NCBI GenBank assembly: GCA_902763535.1
Contig: CACWSG010000004.1
Location: 7,568-71,567 of the forward strand
From: an uncultured Pseudomonadota bacterium
GTDB taxonomy: Bacteria > Pseudomonadota > Alphaproteobacteria > RF32 > CAG-239
Direction: 5' to 3'
DNA: 64,000 nucleotides
The notes beneath the pieces are model-generated. The model made no database searches. It had not been told where the DNA came from and worked only from the letters and a program-made list of their open reading frames with translations. Made by a program: the position numbers and the translations under genes. The stretch's first letter is position 1, and each line of letters starts with the position of its first letter. This document shows positions 53,581 through 62,802 of the stretch, piece by piece.

Positions 53581-54249
53581 TTAAGAATTTAAGTCATCAT
53601 TGGGTTTATATTGCGTTTTGTAACCATGATTTTCTTTCGGGCGCAAATCGTTAGGATACATTGTATCAGCAAAAATATCGGTTTGCAATTTTTTTACCAG
53701 CTGGTAAACTTGTGCATAATCGGCAATATCGCAGATAGTGGTGCCGCGATATAAGTTATGTCGGGAATTATAGCCATCGTGATTGCTTGTCATTACCACA
53801 TCACCCACCCCAAGCATCTGATCAAAAATTCCTCGATGCAGGTTGACATTTGACATCTCACTAAAAGGCTTGCGCTCCAAATTTTGAGTAAATATTCCTC
53901 CTGAAGTATATACTCCCTGATCGGTAACAATAAAACTGGTATGTTTATAGCGCAAAAATGAAAATATTACTCCCGCCAGATAAATCCATACCGGCATTAA
54001 ATGCAAAGCAAAAAATCCGCCCATTATAAGCCCCATGGGTGCTGTTACTTGATTCGTTTGCATATTTCCGCTCATTGCCGCATACATAAACCCGCAATCA
54101 ATTGCACCCCAAATAAGAGCAATCGGCAACAGCGGATTAAAAATAGATTCCAAAATAAAACATCTTTTATTCGGTCGGCCTTGCCAAAGAATGTTTTCTC
54201 CCTCACTTACCAAGCTTAAAAGTTCATAAAGAGCCGGATGGTTTGACAT
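53581..54249 (-). CDS. Membrane bPH_2 (YdbS/YdbT-like, DUF304) domain protein
   Basis: ILWQGRPN, two TMs, then FIVTDQGVYTSGGIF...NVNLHRGIFDQMLGVGDVVM, typical of bacterial PH domains. Confidence 0.65.
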   Translation of the reverse strand: MSNHPALYELLSLVSEGENILWQGRPNKRCFILESIFNPLLPIALIWGAIDCGFMYAAMSGNMQTNQVTAPMGLIMGGFFALHLMPVWIYLAGVIFSFLRYKHTSFIVTDQGVYTSGGIFTQNLERKPFSEMSNVNLHRGIFDQMLGVGDVVMTSNHDGYNSRHNLYRGTTICDIADYAQVYQLVKKLQTDIFADTMYPNDLRPKENHGYKTQYKPNDDLNS

Positions 54250-54331
54250 GATTTTAGTCCTCTTGCCAATTATTGAATATTGACATTATAGCATAACTAT
54301 ATAAAATTTTAGTTAACTGTAATAAGGAGAT

Positions 54332-54880
54332 ATGATCATGCGCGACTATATCGAAAACAACCTCCAGCTCGACGAGGGAATAGTAATAGCCCCCAAACTT
54401 CATTGGGCTATCTACCTTGACACCTATTTGCAGTTGTCAGTGTTATACATTGTTTTTTGCCACTTTATGGCGCCCTTTATTAATTATGATCGCGATGTTA
54501 TGAATTTTTTTGAAATGTCGGAAAGAGTAATAGGCTTCATAATACTTTTGCGCATCATCTTTGTGTTTTTCCGCAATTATTCGGTGGAAATGGCCGTAAC
54601 TAATTATCGTGTGGTCTATAAAATCGGTATTCTTAATATCCATACGGACGAATTGGTTAACAGTCGTATTGAGGCTTTGAGCGTGCGCCAGTCAATTATG
54701 GGGAAAATTTTGAACTATGGCAACATTATGTTTTCCGGAACCGGAACTTCCAAAGTTGTGTTTAAAAAAGTTTATGCTCCTTGGTGGATAAAAACTCAGG
54801 CAGAAGAAATTATTCATCAAAGCATCGAAAACGATAACTCAATGGCATATAATCGCAACATTTATAATCGTCATCTATAA
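54332..54880 (+). CDS. Membrane bPH_2 (YdbS-like) domain protein
   Basis: Two TMs then VTNYRVVYKIGILNIHTDELVNSRIEALSVRQSIMGKILNYGNIMFSG. Confidence 0.65.
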   Translation: MIMRDYIENNLQLDEGIVIAPKLHWAIYLDTYLQLSVLYIVFCHFMAPFINYDRDVMNFFEMSERVIGFIILLRIIFVFFRNYSVEMAVTNYRVVYKIGILNIHTDELVNSRIEALSVRQSIMGKILNYGNIMFSGTGTSKVVFKKVYAPWWIKTQAEEIIHQSIENDNSMAYNRNIYNRHL

Positions 54881-54920
54881 AAAAACAGCCCTGTTGATGA
54901 GGGCTGTTTTTTATTGTAGG

Positions 54921-57098
54921 CTATGCAGCCTGTTTAGACAATTCTGCCAAAACTTCCTTTTTCAATGTTACATTGTCAACCTTACCGGTGCCGGAAGTCG
55001 GAATTTTATCTTTGTACAAGATGACCCTAGGCATATACAATTCCGGATAACCGTTTTTACGAATAAAGTCATGCAACATATCAGAGGTCAGTGTCGGTTC
55101 ATTAGTCACAACCACAATTTGTTCACCTTTGTTTTCGTGGGGAATTGCTACAACACCGCAGCAAAATTCATCTTTACCCTCAAAGGCTTTGCAAATCATG
55201 TTTTCAACCGCTTTCAACGATACCATCTCACCACCGATTTTGGCAAAGCGTTTAATGCGATCTTTAATTTTGATAAATCCGATATCATCAATTTCAACCA
55301 CATCTCCGGTGTGATACCAACCATTATGCGGTTCGACCAATACCCCCGGATTATCCGCCATAATATATCCGGCCATGACATTCGGACCTTTAACTACCAA
55401 TTCACCGCCCTCATCAATACCATCGACTTTTTCCAAACGGCACTCCATTCCCGGACAAAGCTTGCCGATAGTGCCGAATTTGTTAAATACCATATTGTTT
55501 CCGGCAACTGCAGGTGAGCATTCGGTAGTACCATAAGCTTCCATCAACCGAGCTCCTAATCTTTCATTCAGCAGGTTGCGGGTATCCAGTTTTACGCCTT
55601 CTGCACCGGCATAGCACAAGCGCAACGATCCAAAGTCCAAAGGATGAGCAATTTTGGCATAACTGCGGAAAAATGTATCGGTGCCAATCATTACCGTGGC
55701 GTTCAACTCATAAAGCAAGTCGCTGATAACGCGGAAATGCAAAGGTGAGGGATACAAGAAAACTTTTGCTCCTTGATACAGGGCGTACAATGTTCCCAGC
55801 ACCAAACCAAAGCTGTGGAACAGCGGCATTGAGTTTAAAACAACATCAGTGCGGTTCAATGTTTCAAACGAAGCAATTTGCCATACATTAGATATCACAT
55901 TGCGGTTGGATAATACAACGGCTTTTGGGGCACCCTCAGAGCCGGAAGTAAATAAAATTACGGCTCTGTCATCAGGAGTTGCTTTGTAAGGAACATATCT
56001 GATTTTATATTGCAACAAAGCCAACAATTTAGCCGGCAATGATATTTTCTTGGCAACTTCTTCCAAATAAATAACTTCGGTTCCGTTTTCTTCAATGGCT
56101 TTAACCACTTCTTCCAATCCGGCCTTTTTTACAAACAATTTTGAGGTTATAACTTTTTTGACCAAAGTTGTATTAATGCCGCTTACAATATTTTGCGCTC
56201 CGGCTGAAAAATTCAGCATAACCGGAACTTGTCCGTAGGCATTAAGTCCGAAAAATGTGCAAACCGCTGCAACCGAATTGGGGAGCATAACACCGATTGA
56301 TTCCTGATAGACCGAAGTTTTGTTAAAATATCTTCCCAAAACATAAGATCCCAGCATAATATCTTTAAAACTTTTTGGTTTGCGTCCGATATCTTCCAAA
56401 ACTTTCGGTCTTATCAAACCGAAACATTTTTTGGCATGAATTTTAGCAGCTTTAATGAGTTGAGTGAATACGGTCATTTTGGGATTATACATCGACTCAA
56501 ACATCATCTGGCGCATAATCATATAGATTTCATTTGAAATATGATTACGCACATGACGCAAATTATCTTTTAGTTTCAAAGGTCTGGGTTTTTCAACAAC
56601 AATTTTTACTTTAGGAAAATACCAGTGTGGCAATCTGCCTCCGGTTTTTGAGAAAAAGCGGCAATATTGCAGTCCGTTAATCCAAATCGGAATAATGGGC
56701 GAATTGGTTTTATCGGCAATCAAGCCGGCTGATTCATATATCTTCATAATATTGCCGTTGGTGGTCATGCGTCCTTCGGGAAAAATTACACACAATCTGC
56801 CGGCATCAACTTTGGCAATTAAATTCTTCAAATCTGGCACATCTAAGTTGCCATATTCCATAACATCGGCTTTGCGCATAAAAAATCTGACCCATATATT
56901 GCGATAAAGCTGTCCGTGCAGAGCAAAAATCGGATTTCCCGGCAGAAAAGCAAACAAAATTATCGGATCAACATAGGATACATGGTTTGATATATAAACA
57001 CCTTTATTGGGTAAATCCCTGAGATCAAAACGCATTTCAAAACGCACTTTGAACAACCTGAACATACATCTTAAACAAAAACGCACAAAATTTCGCAT
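54921..57098 (-). CDS. aas: Bifunctional lysophospholipid acyltransferase / acyl-ACP synthetase (Aas-like)
   Basis: Start MRNFVRF at 57098 after GAGGAA. N-terminal PlsC motif NHVSYVDP and FPEGR. C-terminal AMP-binding motifs LFTSGSEGAPKAV, YGTTE, GWYHTGD. Confidence 0.8.
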   Translation of the reverse strand: MRNFVRFCLRCMFRLFKVRFEMRFDLRDLPNKGVYISNHVSYVDPIILFAFLPGNPIFALHGQLYRNIWVRFFMRKADVMEYGNLDVPDLKNLIAKVDAGRLCVIFPEGRMTTNGNIMKIYESAGLIADKTNSPIIPIWINGLQYCRFFSKTGGRLPHWYFPKVKIVVEKPRPLKLKDNLRHVRNHISNEIYMIMRQMMFESMYNPKMTVFTQLIKAAKIHAKKCFGLIRPKVLEDIGRKPKSFKDIMLGSYVLGRYFNKTSVYQESIGVMLPNSVAAVCTFFGLNAYGQVPVMLNFSAGAQNIVSGINTTLVKKVITSKLFVKKAGLEEVVKAIEENGTEVIYLEEVAKKISLPAKLLALLQYKIRYVPYKATPDDRAVILFTSGSEGAPKAVVLSNRNVISNVWQIASFETLNRTDVVLNSMPLFHSFGLVLGTLYALYQGAKVFLYPSPLHFRVISDLLYELNATVMIGTDTFFRSYAKIAHPLDFGSLRLCYAGAEGVKLDTRNLLNERLGARLMEAYGTTECSPAVAGNNMVFNKFGTIGKLCPGMECRLEKVDGIDEGGELVVKGPNVMAGYIMADNPGVLVEPHNGWYHTGDVVEIDDIGFIKIKDRIKRFAKIGGEMVSLKAVENMICKAFEGKDEFCCGVVAIPHENKGEQIVVVTNEPTLTSDMLHDFIRKNGYPELYMPRVILYKDKIPTSGTGKVDNVTLKKEVLAELSKQAA

Positions 57099-57349
57099 GG
57101 TTTTATTCCTCAAATTTAACATAATTGCCCAAAAAATACTTCTTTTACACAAGGATGTAAAGTAGGCACTTTAGGGAAACTATTAAAATATTTCGGTAAT
57201 CGTCAGCCGGTTGTAATAATCAGTCATATTAAGTTATTTATTCCAGTCAAAGATATGCTTGCAACTGCCGGTAAAACCTATAAAATACCCCTCAAACTGA
57301 TAGCCAGTTCAGTTTTATTTTTTTTTGTGAACTATAATGAGATTGAACT

Positions 57350-58555
57350 ATGAATAAAACAAATTTATATGCTTTACTGCTTGGTGCAGCTTTGATTCCG
57401 GCCAATGCTTATGCCGGAGGTTTTCAATTATCCGAATATTCAGCATCAGCAATTGGTCGTGCTTTTGCCGGAATTGGGGTTGCCGGTGATGATTATTCGG
57501 CCGTGGCTTATAATCCGGCAGCAATGACTTTAAAAGAAACCGGTATGCAAGGTGTGGCCACTTATTTCAAATTGCGTGGACATGCCTATAATTTAGATAA
57601 TCCCGGTCAGAATGAAGGTTTGTTATCAACTAAGGTAACTGTTCCGGCCTTTTTTGCTCAATATAAACTCAACGATAAATGGCATATTGGTGCCGGCGTT
57701 TATGTGCCTTTCGGTTTGGGTACCAACTGGAAAGGTCGTTGGTTTGGTGACACTGAAGCCACCGATTCGGTTATCGAAGATGTAAACTACAATCTTTCAG
57801 TTGCCTATAAAGCCACCGATAAACTATCTTTGGGAGTATCAGTTATCGCTGATGCAATGCACGCTGAATTAACCAACTATTCAGCGGCTATTCCCAATGC
57901 ATATTCTATGATGGAAGCCGATGGCTTTAATGTTATTTGGCAGGCTGGTTTAATGTATGAGTTGTCCAAAGATACTCGTTTTGGTTTGTCTTATCGTCCG
58001 AAATCAGCGCAAGAATTGCATGGTGATCACGATGTAACAGTTGCAAATTTGCAAGGACGTGTTCACACTCGTTTAACTTTACCTGAATACATTAATGCTT
58101 CGGTATATCACAAATTGAATGATAGTTTTGCGGTTATGGCCGGTGCTCGTTGGACACGTTGGAGTAGATTTAAAGCCTTGGATATTTGGTCAACAGCCAG
58201 ACCGGGAGGAGCTGATCAATCTACCGGTAAAGTTGATGAATGCTGGAAAGATGTTTGGATGTTGTCTGCCGGTGCCGATTGGTATGTTAACGATCAGTGG
58301 ACTTTGCGTGGTGGTATTGCTTGGGATGAAAGTCCGGTTAAAGATTCTAATCATCGTACTGCTCGTATTCCCGATAGCAGTCGTGTAATCTTGTCTGTGG
58401 GCGCAACCTATAAAACAGGTAATTGGACATGGGATGCCGCTTTTTCGCATCTGATTATGCAAAAACATGATGGATATCGTCAGTCTCATAACTTTAACTA
58501 TCGTCGTGAACTTAATACTGATATGTTAAGTTTGGGAGTTCAATACAACTTCTAA
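57350..58555 (+). CDS. fadL: Outer-membrane long-chain fatty acid/hydrophobic compound channel (FadL/OmpP1/TodX family)
   Basis: Signal peptide, GGFQLSEYSASAIGRAFAG hatch motif, C-terminal beta-strand ending in F. Confidence 0.8.
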   Translation: MNKTNLYALLLGAALIPANAYAGGFQLSEYSASAIGRAFAGIGVAGDDYSAVAYNPAAMTLKETGMQGVATYFKLRGHAYNLDNPGQNEGLLSTKVTVPAFFAQYKLNDKWHIGAGVYVPFGLGTNWKGRWFGDTEATDSVIEDVNYNLSVAYKATDKLSLGVSVIADAMHAELTNYSAAIPNAYSMMEADGFNVIWQAGLMYELSKDTRFGLSYRPKSAQELHGDHDVTVANLQGRVHTRLTLPEYINASVYHKLNDSFAVMAGARWTRWSRFKALDIWSTARPGGADQSTGKVDECWKDVWMLSAGADWYVNDQWTLRGGIAWDESPVKDSNHRTARIPDSSRVILSVGATYKTGNWTWDAAFSHLIMQKHDGYRQSHNFNYRRELNTDMLSLGVQYNF

Positions 58556-58576
58556 TCATAATTGATTAAATTAAAA

Positions 58577-58609
58577 ACCGTCGCGATAATTTGTTGCGGC
58601 GGTTTTTTT
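58577..58609 (+). terminator. Intrinsic terminator after fadL
   Basis: accgtcgc/gcggcggt stem (one G.U) followed by T7. Confidence 0.55.
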
Positions 58610-58629
58610 CAGGAGCTGTGATGAAAGGT

Positions 58630-58833
58630 TTATAATATTTTTATATTGCCGGCGGCAATCCTTCCGCGATCGTCATAAAGTTCATAACCGACGCGTTGCC
58701 CGTCATTCAAACGATGTAATCCGATTTTTTCCAGTTGGGTAATGTGAAGAAAAACATCTTTTTTATCTGCTTCCGGTTCAATAAAACCATAGCCTTTTTT
58801 ATAGTTAAACCATTTAATCGTCCCTGTTAACAT
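58630..58833 (-). CDS. cspA: Cold-shock domain protein
   Basis: Start MLTGTIKWFNYKKGYGFI at 58833 after AAGGAAGGA. RNP1 KGYGFI and RNP2 VFLHI motifs. Confidence 0.85.
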   Translation of the reverse strand: MLTGTIKWFNYKKGYGFIEPEADKKDVFLHITQLEKIGLHRLNDGQRVGYELYDDRGRIAAGNIKIL

Positions 58834-58953
58834 AACATACAATCCTTCCTTTAGTTTTTTAATTGTAAACAATCTTTATTTAAACCAAAGGTTGATAATT
58901 GTATATATAACATTTTTCGAATTTAGACTTCTAAAAATTAGCAGTTATCGATA

Positions 58954-59718
58954 TTAGCTTATTTTACGGATGAAATAGTCTAAATGCTCTTGTGAGGCAG
59001 CGGCAATAATTGAGGATGATTGAAAATAGTTTTCAAATTTTTGATTGTTGAAGTTTCTGATTTCACCACCGGCCTCGGTAACTATCAGGCTGCCGGCAGC
59101 ATAGTCCCAAGGTAATGTTTCCAGTTCCCAATAAACTCCAAACCTCCCAACAGCAACTCCGGTCAAATCTAAAACTGCCGCTCCGTTGCGCCGCACATCC
59201 AAAGCCATATTAAAACTTTTTTCCGCTAAATTCCACGTCTTGCCATGTAGAGACTTGTTGTATGGTGAGGTTCCAAAAACGATTAACGAGTTTTGTAAAG
59301 GGATATTTGTCGTATGGATAACATTTTCGTTTAGAAAAGCACCTTTTCCCTTTTCTGCCCAAAACATCTCATCAAGGTAAGGATCATAAATTACGCCGAT
59401 AATCGGTTGTCCATCATATAGCAATGCAACCGAAACAGCACTATGCTTTAACCCTTTAATAAAATTGGTTGTTCCGTCAATAGGATCACAGATAAAGCAA
59501 TAACCTTTATCCTTAAAATTTTTTTCTTGTTCCTCGCCTAAAAATCCGGCTTCAGGTACAATATCCAACAATTCTTGCTTTAGGATTTTTTCAATTTTAC
59601 CATCATATTCGGTTACCAAATTGCGCATATCATCATTTTTAGATTCAATGTGGTTAATATGTGCATCTTTGATGATGCCGCCGCACTTTCGTACGACATC
59701 TTTAATTTGCTTCAACAT
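58954..59718 (-). CDS. suhB: Inositol monophosphatase family protein (SuhB-like)
   Basis: GEE, CDPIDGTTNF, WDYAAG motifs. Confidence 0.8.
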   Translation of the reverse strand: MLKQIKDVVRKCGGIIKDAHINHIESKNDDMRNLVTEYDGKIEKILKQELLDIVPEAGFLGEEQEKNFKDKGYCFICDPIDGTTNFIKGLKHSAVSVALLYDGQPIIGVIYDPYLDEMFWAEKGKGAFLNENVIHTTNIPLQNSLIVFGTSPYNKSLHGKTWNLAEKSFNMALDVRRNGAAVLDLTGVAVGRFGVYWELETLPWDYAAGSLIVTEAGGEIRNFNNQKFENYFQSSSIIAAASQEHLDYFIRKIS

Positions 59719-59720
59719 AA

Positions 59721-61553
59721 TTACTTTTTCCTGCTAACTGATTTATCTAATTTTTCCAGCTCATCAATATAGCTTGAAATCAGGCTTAAGCCAAAATCCC
59801 AAAACTTGGCATCTTTTGCATCAAGTCCGAAAGGCTTTAAGATTTCATCATAGCGTTTAACACCGGTCAGAGACAGCATATTCAGGTATTTGTCAGCAAA
59901 ATCCTTTACTTTTCCCTGTTGATATACTTGATACAGTGAGTTAACCAAGCAATCCGCAAAGGAATAAGCATAAACATAAAATGGTTTCCAGAAAAAGTGT
60001 CCGACCTGAACCCAGTTATTTTCGGTTACTTCATCAATATTAACATATTTTCCAAGTGAAGCAGCCATCTCTTCTTTCCAAATTTGTGCCAAACGCGCTT
60101 GGCTGACTTCGCCTTGACGGCGTTCATCATGAACACGCGTTTCAAAAAAGTGAAAAGCAATCTGGCGAACGGCAGTGTTAATCATGTCATTAACTTTACC
60201 GGCAATCAGACACAGTTTTTCTTTGTCGCTTTTTGCCTGACGCAATAATGATTGGAAAGTCAACATCTCGGCAAAAACCGAGGCAACCTCAGCCAAAGTT
60301 AACGGAGTTGCATCATTCAGATCACCTTGTTTGGAGCTCAAGCGCATATGACAACCATGTCCCAACTCATGAGCAAGTGTCAAAACATCATTTTGGCGTC
60401 CGGTAAAGTTTAAAAATAAATAAGGGTGATAAGCTTCCGGCAAAGGCATGGCAAAAGCCCCGCTTCGTTTGCCGTCACGAGGCGGAACATCAATCCATGA
60501 ACTTTTCTTATTGAAAAAGTCTTTGGCTAAATCATAGAGTTTCGGCGAAAATTCTTTATAAGCTTTTAATACAATTTCAACCGCTTCATCCCAAGCATAT
60601 TTTTTATCATTTTCAAAAGGTAACGGCGCATTTCTATCCCAATACTCCAACTTTTTAACATTGAGCCATTTGGCTTTAAGTTTGTAGAAACGGTGAGCAA
60701 TGTTGGCATAATTGGCACGAACTTCTTTGGCCAAAGCTTCAACCGCTTTGTCATCAACACGATTGGCCAAATTTTGTGATGCTACCGGAGATTTAAAACC
60801 GCGTTTCATGTCTTCTATGGCTTTGTCTTTTATAATCATGTTATAGTTGAGGGTAAAAAGCGGTGCATTTTCGGTGCAAACTCGAGCAATCTCTTTTCCG
60901 GCCTTTGCTCTTGTTTTGGCGTTTTTATCCAAAGTCAATTTAGCAATTTCGGCATCATTATATTCTTTTTTATCTACGATATATTTCAGCCGTGCGGAAG
61001 TTTCTTCGTACAATCTTTCCCAACCCTCGCCGGAAGTAACCGATTTTTCATGTAAAATTTCTTCAACTTCTTCACTCAGTTCATACTTTTTGAACATTCG
61101 TATTCTGCTCAACCAAGGCTTGAAATAAGCGGCGTTTTTATCTTTCATCCATTCATCTATTTTTGTATCGGGCAATTTGTTTATTTCCAAAGACAAAAAG
61201 ATTATCGGTTTGCTGTATTCATTGAGTTTCTCTGAAGTATTTTGATAAAAAGTCATCGCTTCAGCATTTTTCATTTGTGTTACCATTGACAGATAGGCGA
61301 ATACACCGATTTTATTGCTCAAAACTGAGCGAGCTTCACAATCTTTTGCCATTTCGGTAAAAGCTTTAGCTGACAATTTAGCTATTTTTCCCTTATACTT
61401 TTTAGCAAAATCTGCCGCCGATTTTTTATAGGTATTCAAATCCTTGGTTATTTGCGGATCGTTGATGCTTTTATATAAATCTCCCAAATCCCATGCCGGA
61501 AGTGTGGATTTAGGGGATGAATTTTTCGATGGAGCTATCTTTGTCTTGGGCAT
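59721..61553 (-). CDS. pepF: Oligoendopeptidase F (M3B family)
   Basis: 610 aa, zinc motif HELGHGCH, length and layout typical of PepF. Confidence 0.8.
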   Translation of the reverse strand: MPKTKIAPSKNSSPKSTLPAWDLGDLYKSINDPQITKDLNTYKKSAADFAKKYKGKIAKLSAKAFTEMAKDCEARSVLSNKIGVFAYLSMVTQMKNAEAMTFYQNTSEKLNEYSKPIIFLSLEINKLPDTKIDEWMKDKNAAYFKPWLSRIRMFKKYELSEEVEEILHEKSVTSGEGWERLYEETSARLKYIVDKKEYNDAEIAKLTLDKNAKTRAKAGKEIARVCTENAPLFTLNYNMIIKDKAIEDMKRGFKSPVASQNLANRVDDKAVEALAKEVRANYANIAHRFYKLKAKWLNVKKLEYWDRNAPLPFENDKKYAWDEAVEIVLKAYKEFSPKLYDLAKDFFNKKSSWIDVPPRDGKRSGAFAMPLPEAYHPYLFLNFTGRQNDVLTLAHELGHGCHMRLSSKQGDLNDATPLTLAEVASVFAEMLTFQSLLRQAKSDKEKLCLIAGKVNDMINTAVRQIAFHFFETRVHDERRQGEVSQARLAQIWKEEMAASLGKYVNIDEVTENNWVQVGHFFWKPFYVYAYSFADCLVNSLYQVYQQGKVKDFADKYLNMLSLTGVKRYDEILKPFGLDAKDAKFWDFGLSLISSYIDELEKLDKSVSRKK

Positions 61554-61965
61554 TTTCCATATCCTTTCTCAAATTTTTTAATCTTTCCATTTCATCTAAA
61601 GTATCGGGGTATTCTTTTAAATAAGCTTTAATTTCTTCATCATCAAAATAAGATGGGCGAGGCTGTTCGGGCTCAAATATATAGCCGCTCCACGGATAGG
61701 GATTTTTTCCGTCAATCCAGTCAGTAAAACTTTTAGCGATAATTTTTATATCACACCAAGTATTATTCAAAACGGCCTGCATGGAACACAACGATTCTCT
61801 TTCACAATCCGCCAGATTATCGGCCAAATTTTGAGTGCAAAAAGCAAACCCGCGATTTTGTGCATCATAATGAGGAGCCGCCAGCACAATTCCAACCAAT
61901 CCTATGAATAAAACCATCCATAATCCCAGCAAAGCTCCAAACCAATGATGTTTTATAAAATTCAT
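61510..61965 (-). CDS. Hypothetical single-TM protein
   Basis: Start MNFIKHHWFGALLGLWMVLFIGLVGIVLAA at 61965. No recognised domain. Confidence 0.4.
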   Translation of the reverse strand: MNFIKHHWFGALLGLWMVLFIGLVGIVLAAPHYDAQNRGFAFCTQNLADNLADCERESLCSMQAVLNNTWCDIKIIAKSFTDWIDGKNPYPWSGYIFEPEQPRPSYFDDEEIKAYLKEYPDTLDEMERLKNLRKDMENAQDKDSSIEKFIP

Positions 61966-61970
61966 TGATA

Positions 61971-62717
61971 TTAAGCCTCGTTTTCGGCACAACGCTTTTT
62001 ATAAAGTTCTTCCAATAAAGCCAGTTCTTCCAAGGTGTTTGCCGCCGATGCTTCCTCAACCGAACATTCAACGGCAGAACATTTTAAGCCTTTGCGCAGT
62101 GCAATTTCGACAGCATCGGTCAAATAGTATTCTTGAGCGGCATTGGCATTAGTTATAGCACCTAAAATTTCAAACAATTTAGTGCCATCAAAACACATAA
62201 TTCCCGAATTGCAAAATGTTATGGCTTTTTCTTCATCAGTAGCATCTTTAAATTCGACAATACGTTTTAAATCATCACCATCCATAACCAATCTTCCGTA
62301 ACGAGCCGGATCGGCAGGGCGAAAGCCCATGCATACAACCGAGTATCCTTGAGCGCGGCGTTTTAGCAGTTTACGAATACTGGCTTTGGTATATAAAGGC
62401 TGATCACCGAATATGACCAAAATATCACCCTTAAATCCGACAAACTCTGAACTTGCCGCCAACACGGCATGACCGGTACCGAGCTGTTTTTCTTGTACAC
62501 AAGTGGTATGAGGGGCAACAACTTGTTTAACGGCAGCACCATCCGGCGAAATCACGGTAACGATTTTGTTTATTTTCAAATCTTCCAAGGTGTCGATGAT
62601 ATGACGGATCATAGGTTTGCCGCCAACCGGCATCAAAACCTTCGGCAGATCAGATTTCATGCGAGTTCCTTTACCGGCACCTAAAATAATTGCACCTATT
62701 TCATCTGAATTGACCAT
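61971..62717 (-). CDS. GlmU-like N-terminal nucleotidyltransferase (uridyltransferase domain only)
   Basis: ILGAGKGTRMKSDLPKVL, QLGTGHAV, GDQPL, EYYLTD motifs of the GlmU pyrophosphorylase domain. The ORF ends at 248 aa with no left-handed beta-helix acetyltransferase domain. Confidence 0.7.
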   Translation of the reverse strand: MVNSDEIGAIILGAGKGTRMKSDLPKVLMPVGGKPMIRHIIDTLEDLKINKIVTVISPDGAAVKQVVAPHTTCVQEKQLGTGHAVLAASSEFVGFKGDILVIFGDQPLYTKASIRKLLKRRAQGYSVVCMGFRPADPARYGRLVMDGDDLKRIVEFKDATDEEKAITFCNSGIMCFDGTKLFEILGAITNANAAQEYYLTDAVEIALRKGLKCSAVECSVEEASAANTLEELALLEELYKKRCAENEA

Positions 62718-62802
62718 ATTTATGTATCTCCTTTATAACTTTTTAATAACTTAATGTTATACTATCATATATAATAAAACAGTTAATAGTGAGTTTAAAG
62801 TT

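Noticed and set aside
54894-55517. 207-aa ORF on the plus strand inside aas
   Set aside because: It is antisense to a well-supported AMP-binding domain, and its composition is typical of a shadow ORF.
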